From positions 1 to 26,800 of the forward strand of contig JAUQYZ020000093.1 of NCBI GenBank assembly GCA_030587475.2: DNA of 26,800 nt, given 5' to 3'. Below the pieces are notes generated by a model. That model made no database searches. It saw only the letters and a program-made list of their open reading frames with translations, and was not told the origin of the DNA. A program made the position numbers and the translations under genes. Positions 1-8,042 of this stretch are shown piece by piece; positions within the stretch are counted from its first letter, which is position 1, and the number at the start of each line of letters is the position of its first letter. Source of the stretch: Candidatus Sigynarchaeum calidifontis. GTDB taxonomy: Archaea > Asgardarchaeota > Lokiarchaeia > Sigyniarchaeales > Sigyniarchaeaceae.

Positions 1-2
1 AG

Positions 3-242
3 GAACGGAGCCGGCCGGCGCTGTTCAGCCTGCCAGCTGACGTGCCGGCCCTGGTCATGCGGGCGGGCGAGCTCCTCAAGGGCGCGGGATGCAAGGACGC
101 CGCGATCGAGGTCTACGAGCGGTTCATCGCCGGCCTGCAGCGGTGCGCCATGAGCACCATCCAGCCGTCGAAGTACTTCGCTTATTTTATGGAATCGCCT
201 GGAATCATGAAACACGCGATGGTAGGTGCGTCAACCTTTTAA
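3..242 (+). CDS. 3' end of a hypothetical protein, 5'-truncated by the window edge
   Basis: The frame is open from position 3 to TAA at 240-242, followed by an AT-rich intergenic region. AGELLKGAGCKDAAIEVYERF resembles a TPR-like helix pair (weak). Confidence 0.55.
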   Translation, partial: ERSRPALFSLPADVPALVMRAGELLKGAGCKDAAIEVYERFIAGLQRCAMSTIQPSKYFAYFMESPGIMKHAMVGASTF

Positions 243-444
243 TCATTGACAAGTGCTTGTTAGAAAAAAACAAGATTCCTATAATCAAGAGATAGGTCCG
301 CCTCACATAATCGATGGAATTAAATAGAAGAATTTTATTGAAGGTTAATAGCGCGCCTTAACTGAAATGTATTTAAACCGTGCGTGATTAGATCCAAAAA
401 TCCACGACAACATCGTGTGGAAAATGCTGTTAAAATGTGTTGTA

Positions 445-458
445 GAAAAATATTTAAG
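445..458 (+). promoter_or_regulatory. Putative archaeal BRE-TATA promoter of the TFS/RpoM-like gene
   Basis: Purine-rich GAAAAA followed directly by TATTTAAG, about 50 nt upstream of ATG 509. Confidence 0.45.
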
Positions 459-508
459 CATTGATGGATAGAGTCAAGAATCAAATTCCGAAAGAAGAAT
501 GATGCACA

Positions 509-817
509 ATGGAATTTTGCCCGAAATGTGACAACGTTCTTTTGATCAAGAAGAAAAAGGTAAAGGTCACCTCCTCCAAGAAGAAGAAATCCGAGGAAGA
601 ACAGGTCCAGAAAGTGCTCTACTGCCCCGGCTGCGGTTACGAGCGGGAATTCGAGGCCGAAACCCACAAGGAGCGCTACACGCTTTCGACCAAGCTCGAT
701 CACTCGGAGAAGGACAAGACCCTCGTGCTCGAAGGCCCGAAGAAGGAGATCACCATCACGGACGAGGAACGGGAAGCGAACGAGGACTTGTTCCAAGACT
801 TGCCCGAGATGGACTAG
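509..817 (+). CDS. TFS/RpoM (Rpb9/A12/C11)-like protein with only the N-terminal zinc ribbon
   Basis: MEFCPKCDNVL...LYCPGCGYE is the typical N-ribbon of TFS/RpoM. There is no second ribbon and no QxRxADE hairpin. It has a Lys-rich insert and an acidic C-tail. Confidence 0.85.
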   Translation: MEFCPKCDNVLLIKKKKVKVTSSKKKKSEEEQVQKVLYCPGCGYEREFEAETHKERYTLSTKLDHSEKDKTLVLEGPKKEITITDEEREANEDLFQDLPEMD

Positions 818-841
818 TTTTACCTTTTACCGCTCGTTTTT
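817..841 (+). terminator. Oligo-T archaeal terminator-like tract
   Basis: TTTTACCTTTTACCGCTCGTTTTT directly after the stop codon. Confidence 0.4.
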
Positions 842-1096
842 CACCAGCATCCAACGCCAGGCGTTCGGCAGCTCGGCCATGCCGCGGCTTGATTCGCGCG
901 CCGCCGGGTGCCCCGTCGTGTCCTTCTTTCTCCTTCGATTTCATTCACGTGATAGCCACATCGTCGTCGTGGCATGGCTCCCATCGGATTACACGGCTCG
1001 GATTGCACGGCGGTAAGGCGGATCGATAACGGCCTCGCGTGTCCATTGCCATCCGTACCGTGCAACTCTTTTAATCGCCCGCGGCATCCTTCAAGC

Positions 1097-1783
1097 ATGG
1101 GAAAAGAAAGAAAGTACGACAAGTACAAGTACACGTTGGCCTACCGGCGGGTCACGACCAGCATCGGCTGCACGATAGGGCTCGGTATCCTGTGGATATT
1201 CATCGAGGCACTCTGGGGTGGCCTCGGCTATTTTTTCTGGATCGACACGCTGCTCTACATGGCCATGTATGCTAATATCCCTTTCGGCATCATGCTCGGG
1301 ATAATGATCGGCATGATGATCAAGCGCATCCGGGATTTCAAGCGGAAAGTGGCTGATGGCTCTATCGACAAGGATTTGACTTCGACCGTGTACTTCCCCG
1401 CCGGTCCCTCGAAGGTTATGTCGGTGTTGCAATCAATGGGGGAAAGGGCAGGCCGGCCCCTCACGCTGGAAGAGCAAAAAATCAAGGGCTTGATCCAGAT
1501 GTATCCCAAGATCACCCTGGCCGCCCTCGCGGCGAAGGCAGGCGTGCCGGAAGACCAGATCGAGGACAAGCTGTCGATGCTCCTCTCGGAAGGGGTCATT
1601 CGCGGCCACGTGGATCCTGGCACGGAGGAGTTCATATCGGGCATGATCGACACGACGCGGGTGAAGCCCGTCGATGACGCGGTGTTCGACTGCCCGCACT
1701 GCGGCGCGGTGATGAAGTCCGCGCCCGTCAAGGGCACGTCGGTGCGGTGCGCGTCGTGCGGGAACTTGATCGTCGTGCACTGA
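1097..1783 (+). CDS. Membrane-anchored PCI-like winged-helix protein with a C-terminal zinc ribbon
   Basis: ATG 1097 (MGKERKY) is preferred over 974. Two hydrophobic helices are followed by YPKITLAALAAKAGVPEDQIEDKLSMLLSEGVIRGHVD, matching the PCI winged-helix pattern, then CPHCG...CASCG. Confidence 0.8.
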   Translation: MGKERKYDKYKYTLAYRRVTTSIGCTIGLGILWIFIEALWGGLGYFFWIDTLLYMAMYANIPFGIMLGIMIGMMIKRIRDFKRKVADGSIDKDLTSTVYFPAGPSKVMSVLQSMGERAGRPLTLEEQKIKGLIQMYPKITLAALAAKAGVPEDQIEDKLSMLLSEGVIRGHVDPGTEEFISGMIDTTRVKPVDDAVFDCPHCGAVMKSAPVKGTSVRCASCGNLIVVH

Positions 1784-1936
1784 ACTGGCTGCATCACCTT
1801 TTTATGTTCAGACAAAAAAAATGGCTACTTCTCCACATATCGCTAAATTTATTTGTGAATGCTGTTATGTTTGATGTATCTTGCAACATGGCTCGGAAAA
1901 TGAGGCTGATGTAGTACGAACTGGACGCTGGAGGTC

Positions 1937-2992
1937 GTGGTGTCGCTCGTGTCGTGGATATTGATCACGATCACGGCGTTCATCCATGGCCGGCTCTACC
2001 GCCGGACGAGGATCAAGTCATATCTGTTCTTTTTCTTGAGCTGGGCGAGTTTTTCCGCTTATGTCGCGGGAGAATTTTTTTCGTACTTGATGTTGTCCGA
2101 GCTGATTTTCCGGCTTCACTATATCGCGCTCGTGTTCACGGGTTTTTTCTTGATCTTGTTCATCGATTTCATCAACCAGGAGACCGCGGGCAACGTGAAG
2201 ATTGCCATCCTTTGCGCGATCTCCGCCCTGGTTGTCTTCACGAGCTTCCAGGATGGAACCGTGCTCGACCAAGTGTTTCCAAACGGGGCGCGATCGCTGC
2301 AAACCGTCGGTTTCCTCCGGTACTTCCTTATCGCGTTCTCGCTAATATTTTCTTCATTTTACCTCTATTACATGATCGTGCTGAACAAGCACGCGCCCGT
2401 CTCGTTGAAAAAATACTCGCGGGTCGCACTAGCTGGCGCATTCATTTTTTGCGTGGTCACGACAGTGATGTATGGTTCGGGATTGACCGGGGTTATCCCC
2501 GGCATCCACGTGCTTTCAGAGGCGGTGGGCGGGCTCATCACGGCCTGGGCATTCTCGAAGCAGCCGCACCTCGCGTACATCTTGCCGTTCAAGGTGATGC
2601 GGCTGCTCGTCATCGATTCACGGAGTGGCATCGACATGTTCGATCATGCATGGGCTCGCGAGGATGAAATGGTGGAAAGCTCCCTCGTTTCTGGCATGAT
2701 ACAAGGTATCAATTCGGTTCTCCAGGAATCTTTCCAACGTGGCAATTGCAAGGAGATAACGATGGATCAAGGCATCGTGATGCTGAGTTTCGCGGAGGAT
2801 AGCCCCATCATCGCCGCGCTGGTCACGACGCGGTCATCTCGTTCCCTCCGCGCCTCCCTCGCCACGTTCACGGCCAAGTTCACGAAGCGTTACGATGAAA
2901 CCATCAAGGCCGGGGTCTATGGCAAGCACCAGTTCGACGGGGTTGCAGAGATCGTGCACGAATGCTTCCCGTACATTCCTAGATACACGTGA
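1937..2992 (+). CDS. Multi-pass (about 7 TM) membrane protein with a C-terminal longin-like domain
   Basis: About 210 aa of hydrophobic helices, then LLVIDSRSGIDMF...SLVSGMIQGINSVLQES...KEITMDQG...ALVT...LATFTAKFTKRY, the beta-beta-alpha-beta-beta-beta-alpha longin pattern common in Lokiarchaeia. GGAGG lies just upstream of the GTG start. Confidence 0.8.
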   Translation: MVSLVSWILITITAFIHGRLYRRTRIKSYLFFFLSWASFSAYVAGEFFSYLMLSELIFRLHYIALVFTGFFLILFIDFINQETAGNVKIAILCAISALVVFTSFQDGTVLDQVFPNGARSLQTVGFLRYFLIAFSLIFSSFYLYYMIVLNKHAPVSLKKYSRVALAGAFIFCVVTTVMYGSGLTGVIPGIHVLSEAVGGLITAWAFSKQPHLAYILPFKVMRLLVIDSRSGIDMFDHAWAREDEMVESSLVSGMIQGINSVLQESFQRGNCKEITMDQGIVMLSFAEDSPIIAALVTTRSSRSLRASLATFTAKFTKRYDETIKAGVYGKHQFDGVAEIVHECFPYIPRYT

Positions 2993-3372
2993 TAGACCGC
3001 GCGTCACGTGGTGGCGAGATGTTCCCCCGGCGGTGCCTTGTTCACGTGGTCTTTCCAAATCACGTCGAGGCCGAAATAAAGCGGAAGTTCATCGCGGATG
3101 GCGGGCAAGAGCTCGATGAAAACGACGAGCTCAAGCAACACGGGCAGCGGTGGGGGATTGCCATTATGGTCGGCGCGGCACACGAGTTGCAAGTGCGCGC
3201 ACGCGGCCACGGGGCGGGCCATTTCTCGCTCAGCGCGCACTACGAGTACGGCAGGGATTCCGGCAAGCACTTGCTGGCGGCGGGAGATTACAAGGAGGGA
3301 CAGCGCATCTTGCTCGACTATATGGCTCGAAACGGTTTGGATGTGCCGGCGGGTGGTACCCGCCAAGGATAA
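2989..3372 (+). CDS. Small hypothetical protein (start may be ATG 3019)
   Basis: GTGA overlap with the upstream stop and a globular-looking composition with HELQVR...SAHYEY...KH. Confidence 0.55.
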   Translation: MIDRASRGGEMFPRRCLVHVVFPNHVEAEIKRKFIADGGQELDENDELKQHGQRWGIAIMVGAAHELQVRARGHGAGHFSLSAHYEYGRDSGKHLLAAGDYKEGQRILLDYMARNGLDVPAGGTRQG

Positions 3373-3508
3373 TGGCCGGCATCGCGATCATGCCCCCTTC
3401 CACCCGGTTTATTTCGCGCCCGCCCGCGCCCGTTAAACCGGTTTCGAGAACGGAAAGAAACACTTGGTGGCCGGGTGATCATGCATTCAAAGGATTTTTT
3501 TATACCGC

Positions 3509-4498
3509 GTGCGGATCTTTTTGACCGAGCACGAGGTGGAAATCAAGACGAGCCAGAAAAAAAAGGCGACCGGAGCGCCCGGCCAACCGCGCCCCCGTAC
3601 ACGCGCGAAAAAGGCCTTGGCCGACCAAGTCGTGCCGCTCGACGATATCATCGCTTCGAATGGCATTTTCGACGCTCGTGGGCGCCTTGCTAACGTTTAT
3701 CTTGGAATGAGCCATGCCGAACGCAAGTTTAACATGTGGGCAGAGGATCCAACGCTCGCCAGGAAGGCCGTGTACCATGTCAGTTTAAAGACGGCAAGCA
3801 ACGCGCCGGCGAGCATCTCCGTGCGTTTCACGAAAAGCTCCGGGACTAGCATCGAGAAAGTGAGCGAAGTCGTCTTGCAAGTGTCCATGCTGAAGCAGTT
3901 GATGGAATTCATCCAAAGAAACGAGGCAAACTTGTTTTCGGAAGTGAAATTCTTCGTGCACGAGTCAACGGTCGTGTATGGCAGCGATCCCGTGCACCAG
4001 TACCTCAAGCCCGTGCTCAACGAGCCCGGCAAGACGACCAAGATCGCGCGAGGCGGGCGCCCCGTGAGCGCGTGCAAGGCGTGCGACGCGATGTTGTTGC
4101 GATACAGCTTCGACTGGAAGATGCAGCGCGACGATTTCGCCTTGAAGGATTGCCCCTATTGCGGCAAGCCCCTCGAAATTGCCACGCGCCCGCCACGTGT
4201 CGAAGCAGTCTTGCTGGACTTCAATGCCAAGGATTGCATCATCACGGGCACCAACAACCAGATCGGCGCGATATACCACGGGGTGCCCGTGAAACTCACG
4301 GTCAAGGTGCAGTCGCTCATTCACTACATCCAGAACTACGAGCAATTGTTTCCGAACAGCGCGATGGGCCCGTTCGAGATACGGATCGACAACAAGTACA
4401 ACCGCATCAACCTCAACAGCATGAGGTTCAGCGGTTTGCCGGCGGCCGTGGAATGGCGTCCCGTCGTGCTCTATCCAGAGGATCTCATCGCGTGGTGA
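3509..4498 (+). CDS. Hypothetical protein with a basic N-terminal tail and a central zinc ribbon
   Basis: 329-aa ORF with natural composition and CKAC...CPYCG. A TTTTTTATA tract lies just upstream. Confidence 0.75.
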   Translation: MRIFLTEHEVEIKTSQKKKATGAPGQPRPRTRAKKALADQVVPLDDIIASNGIFDARGRLANVYLGMSHAERKFNMWAEDPTLARKAVYHVSLKTASNAPASISVRFTKSSGTSIEKVSEVVLQVSMLKQLMEFIQRNEANLFSEVKFFVHESTVVYGSDPVHQYLKPVLNEPGKTTKIARGGRPVSACKACDAMLLRYSFDWKMQRDDFALKDCPYCGKPLEIATRPPRVEAVLLDFNAKDCIITGTNNQIGAIYHGVPVKLTVKVQSLIHYIQNYEQLFPNSAMGPFEIRIDNKYNRINLNSMRFSGLPAAVEWRPVVLYPEDLIAW

Positions 4499-4599
4499 TG
4501 CGAGTCGACGTGGCTCGGTGGTCCCGTCGCCATCGTGTTTGTCATCGTCATCATCTCGAGCATCACGATCAACACGATCAAGCAAGCGGGCGGTTCGGG

Positions 4600-6555
4600 T
4601 CACCCGACGGCGCCCTTGAAGCCGATGACCTTCCGCTCGTAAAGCTTGGCCACGTGGTCGCGCTTCATGAGCATGAGCTCCTTGATCTCTCGCATGGGCT
4701 GTTCCCACGGGATCTTGAACCGGTTGTGCAGGCGGCTGCGCTTGGCGCCGAAGAGCACGGCCTTGTAGAGCAGGTTCGCGAAGGGCCTCGACGGGCCCGA
4801 TAGCTTGACCGCCTTGCGCAGCGTCATGAGCCCGAAGTCGTCCCACCCGCCCAGGAGGCCCGTGAGCGGCAAGAACAAGAACAGCGGGACGACGATCAAC
4901 GCCACGAGTATCGTGATGGCCGCCGGCGGTATCACGGCATAGGCGCCGAGGCCCGAGAAGAGCGGGATCAGCTTGTCGAACACGAGCGGCTCCCAGAGCA
5001 AGCCGAAGGCGAAAATCGGGAGGCTGGCGATCGCGGGGCAGATGAACATCTGCCAGAAGTACAGCTTGACCGGGAAGCATCGCTTGTGGATGTAGATCCA
5101 CATCATGACCATCTTTATGTTGCGGCAGAGAAAGCGGTCCATGGCGAGGATGTAGACGATGCCCCAGATCCCGAACGTGTCCTGGATGCGGAACACGTAC
5201 ATCCAGAGATAATTCTCGGTGATGTAGATGACCTCCTCGAAAATCCTGGAAAACGTGTAGAAGTTGATCTTCAAGATGCCGACGAGGATCGAGTCCGGGT
5301 ACGAGATGAACGGCAGCTCCATCTTGTGTATCAACGCGGGGACGAAGAACACGAAGGACGTGACGTAGTATTGCAGCCCCGGCAGGCCGAGGATGACCTG
5401 GATGACCATGCCAATCGCGGCGAGCAGCACGGACGCGAACATGACCATGAGAAAGCCGTTCCACCGCAGCGAGTTGGCGATGTAGAAGCGGGCGAGCTCG
5501 GTCTTGCCGTTCATGTACGACTCGGCGATGCTGGGGACGAGCGCGAAGTTGCCCGCGTCGATGACGCCGATGATGCCGCCGATCCAGCCGAGCAAGGCCT
5601 TGTAGGTCGCCAGGGAAGGGATGCTGTCGATCATCATGAACAAGACCCACGTCGACGTGGCGGTCGAAACCATGGGCACGACACTGACTTGAAACCCGAA
5701 CCAGAGGCATTGCTTGACGATTTGCCTGTCAAACTCGATCTTGAAGCAATCGCGCCACGTGAACCCGAACGTCTTCATGGCCTTGTCGAAGAACTTGGCT
5801 GCCACGGCGAAGGCGAAGAAATCGTCCACGTACGCGCCGATCGCCGCGCCGATGGTCATGCCAACGAGCTCCCCGACTGCAGGGTTATTGAACCCGATCC
5901 ACCTGCCGAGAAGGATGAACGTGATGTTCGTGATGTTCTGGAACAATGTCCCGCTGATGAAGCCGAGAACTTGTCCTTTATTATAGAGCTGGAGGCCGTT
6001 GAGCACGGCGTGAAAAATTCCTAATTGACCAGGCCATTGCTTTTGGCATATGATGAGCAAGAGCCACGTGAGATGGGCGAGGTTGCCGAACCGGACTGTC
6101 TGGAGCACCATTATCGAGATCCATGTCACCTGGACGATTCCAGTCATCATCTGATACCAAACGTAAAATTGGACGTACTTAGTCATCCTGGAGGGGTTCT
6201 TGACGCGCCATTCCGCGATAAACCGCTCGATGCCGAAGCCCGTGCCCGTATCAAACACGGTGAAGATGATAGCATAAATGCCGCCCGAGATGTTATTGTA
6301 TCCTTGTATCTCCGGGAAGGGGTAAAGCAAACTCGTGAAAAAATCCAGCAGCACGAGGCCGATGATCATCGTGAAGATCGAGATGAAGATGCCGTAGAAG
6401 TAATTGCCCAGCGGGCGGTGGAACCCGATGTCTTCCCATTGCCCGCCAGCCTTGATGACCTCCTCCGTGTCCTCCCTGGTCTTTGCCTCGAGCTCGTCGA
6501 TCGCGACCTCCAGGGGATGTTGCGGTTTTTCTTTCCTTCTGAACGTGGTGATCAC
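4600..6555 (-). CDS. MOP-superfamily (Wzx/MATE-like) flippase or exporter
   Basis: About 13-14 hydrophobic helices and FDTGTGFGIERFIAEW, resembling the Wzx 'D.G....l.r.ia' motif. The ORF is open to TTG 6594, but a TATA-like element at 6597-6604 favours GTG 6555. Confidence 0.7.
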   Translation of the reverse strand: MITTFRRKEKPQHPLEVAIDELEAKTREDTEEVIKAGGQWEDIGFHRPLGNYFYGIFISIFTMIIGLVLLDFFTSLLYPFPEIQGYNNISGGIYAIIFTVFDTGTGFGIERFIAEWRVKNPSRMTKYVQFYVWYQMMTGIVQVTWISIMVLQTVRFGNLAHLTWLLLIICQKQWPGQLGIFHAVLNGLQLYNKGQVLGFISGTLFQNITNITFILLGRWIGFNNPAVGELVGMTIGAAIGAYVDDFFAFAVAAKFFDKAMKTFGFTWRDCFKIEFDRQIVKQCLWFGFQVSVVPMVSTATSTWVLFMMIDSIPSLATYKALLGWIGGIIGVIDAGNFALVPSIAESYMNGKTELARFYIANSLRWNGFLMVMFASVLLAAIGMVIQVILGLPGLQYYVTSFVFFVPALIHKMELPFISYPDSILVGILKINFYTFSRIFEEVIYITENYLWMYVFRIQDTFGIWGIVYILAMDRFLCRNIKMVMMWIYIHKRCFPVKLYFWQMFICPAIASLPIFAFGLLWEPLVFDKLIPLFSGLGAYAVIPPAAITILVALIVVPLFLFLPLTGLLGGWDDFGLMTLRKAVKLSGPSRPFANLLYKAVLFGAKRSRLHNRFKIPWEQPMREIKELMLMKRDHVAKLYERKVIGFKGAVG

Positions 6556-6762
6556 TCGAAACGTGCGGTTGATTGATGAACGGTTCGTCGTCAAGCTTTA
6601 TAATTCTGCGAGAAAAGCCAGCCTCTAAATCCAAGCCTGGTGCGAGGCGAGCTCCACCAAGAACATAAGCCACCATGGCCAGAGCTCTGCAAGCACGAAT
6701 TGCGATTAGCGATCGACGGGTCGCCTAAATGGTGCCGTGATTCGTATCGAGGTTGTTCGATC

Positions 6763-7953
6763 TTGGAAAAAAAGAAGGCAGGCACGATCATCGTGCTCCT
6801 CATCATCGTGGGCGCGGCCGGCACGGGCGGTTTTCTCGCGTGGTACTTCTTGACGGGGCAGCAATACCCGCCTTGCACCACGGCCACGCCGTTCACCGCT
6901 TTTCCCGTGAACATGACCCGGCTCAACACCATCACGCCGCTGGGGAACCTGAACCCGCCCGGCCACACGTTCCCGACCGACCACATGTACTTCAACTGCA
7001 ACGCGTCGTACCCGGATGGCTTCCAGGTCTTCGCGCCGGGTGCCATCACGATCACGCGCCTCGACAGGGTCAACTACAACCCGCCCCAGGTCCTCAACAT
7101 CACGGACGATTACACGATCGAGTTCCGCGCGTGCCGGGAACTCACGGGGCGGTTCGGCCACGTGAACAACCTGAGCGCCCTGCTCTGGAGCAAGATCACC
7201 CCGTTCGGTTCCGCCGGCGATCGGGTGGAAACGTATACCATCGCGGGCCGCGTGTACACGTCCTACCAGAAGGATGTCAGCATCGCGGTCCCGGCTGGCG
7301 AGCTGCTCGGGATGGCGGGGATCGGCGGCGGTTACGACTTTTGGTTGAAAGATTCCCGCGTCTCGCTCTCGTGGGTGAACCAGGACTGGACGCGGCAGTT
7401 CCAGAACACCGTGTGCCCTCTCGATTACTTCACGCCCGCGCTCAAGACCGTGATGGAAACATACTTGCGGAACTGGGACCAGACCCCGGTCGACCCCGCC
7501 AACTACTGCGGGAAGATCGCCTTCGACGTCGCCGGCACCTCCCAGGGCATCTGGACGCGAGGCGACTACTCGCCGTCCGGCTCGACCCGTGCGGAGGAAA
7601 TCGGCCTCGCCCTCGTTCGGAGCAATTTCAACGCGTCCGTGGGTGCCATTTCCATCGGAATCGCTGGTTCCAGCTCCGGCACGCATGGCTGGGACGAGCA
7701 CGTTTACACGTTCACGCCGACGCACTCGGGGCTTTGCAACCGCGATTTCAAGGAGGTCATGCCCGGGGCTAGCATTTATTTCTATTTCTGCGACCAGTTC
7801 GGCGCCCCGGGCTCCTACACGAAAGCCATCTTGCTGAAAATGGTCGATGCGAGCCACGTCCGCATCCAATTCGTCGACAACGGCGGGACTCCGCTCCCCG
7901 CCGATCCGGCGGCATACTGGAGCGAAGCGGCGAGCATCGTGTATACGAGATGA
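6763..7953 (+). CDS. Membrane-anchored or secreted protein with degenerate peptidase M23-like motifs
   Basis: TTG 6763 follows GAGGT. KKK plus a hydrophobic anchor, then GHTFPTDH, VFAPGAITIT, FGHV and VPAGELLG in M23 order. Many N-x-S/T sequons. Confidence 0.7.
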   Translation: MEKKKAGTIIVLLIIVGAAGTGGFLAWYFLTGQQYPPCTTATPFTAFPVNMTRLNTITPLGNLNPPGHTFPTDHMYFNCNASYPDGFQVFAPGAITITRLDRVNYNPPQVLNITDDYTIEFRACRELTGRFGHVNNLSALLWSKITPFGSAGDRVETYTIAGRVYTSYQKDVSIAVPAGELLGMAGIGGGYDFWLKDSRVSLSWVNQDWTRQFQNTVCPLDYFTPALKTVMETYLRNWDQTPVDPANYCGKIAFDVAGTSQGIWTRGDYSPSGSTRAEEIGLALVRSNFNASVGAISIGIAGSSSGTHGWDEHVYTFTPTHSGLCNRDFKEVMPGASIYFYFCDQFGAPGSYTKAILLKMVDASHVRIQFVDNGGTPLPADPAAYWSEAASIVYTR

Positions 7954-8042
7954 TTTATTTCATATCTTAATCATGCTTGTCGTCTGCTATTCCATTGACA
8001 ACCATTACGAGAGAAAAAACGTGAAAGCACGCCAGCACGCCA

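Noticed and set aside
756-1134. Minus-strand ORFs 756-944 and 841-1134, or an RNA gene in the GC-rich spacer
   Set aside because: The ORFs overlap real genes and have no motifs. I found no tRNA cloverleaf or T-loop consensus.
1901-1936. Selenocysteine read-through extending the 7TM-longin gene upstream
   Set aside because: There are two in-frame TGAs close together, no Sec-type context, and an SD-like site supports the GTG start.
4499-4599. Short CATC/CACGATCAA repeats between convergent genes
   Set aside because: Low-complexity and only two near-copies, with no repeat-spacer periodicity. Not a CRISPR array.
3965-5710. 581-aa minus-strand ORF
   Set aside because: Arg/His/Gly-rich alternative-frame shadow of the flippase and the 3509-4498 gene, typical of high-GC DNA.
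6706-7869. Long antisense or alternative-frame ORFs (also 5086-6024, 15729-16745, 16876-18033)
   Set aside because: Each lies on top of a gene with recognisable motifs and shows no family signal of its own.
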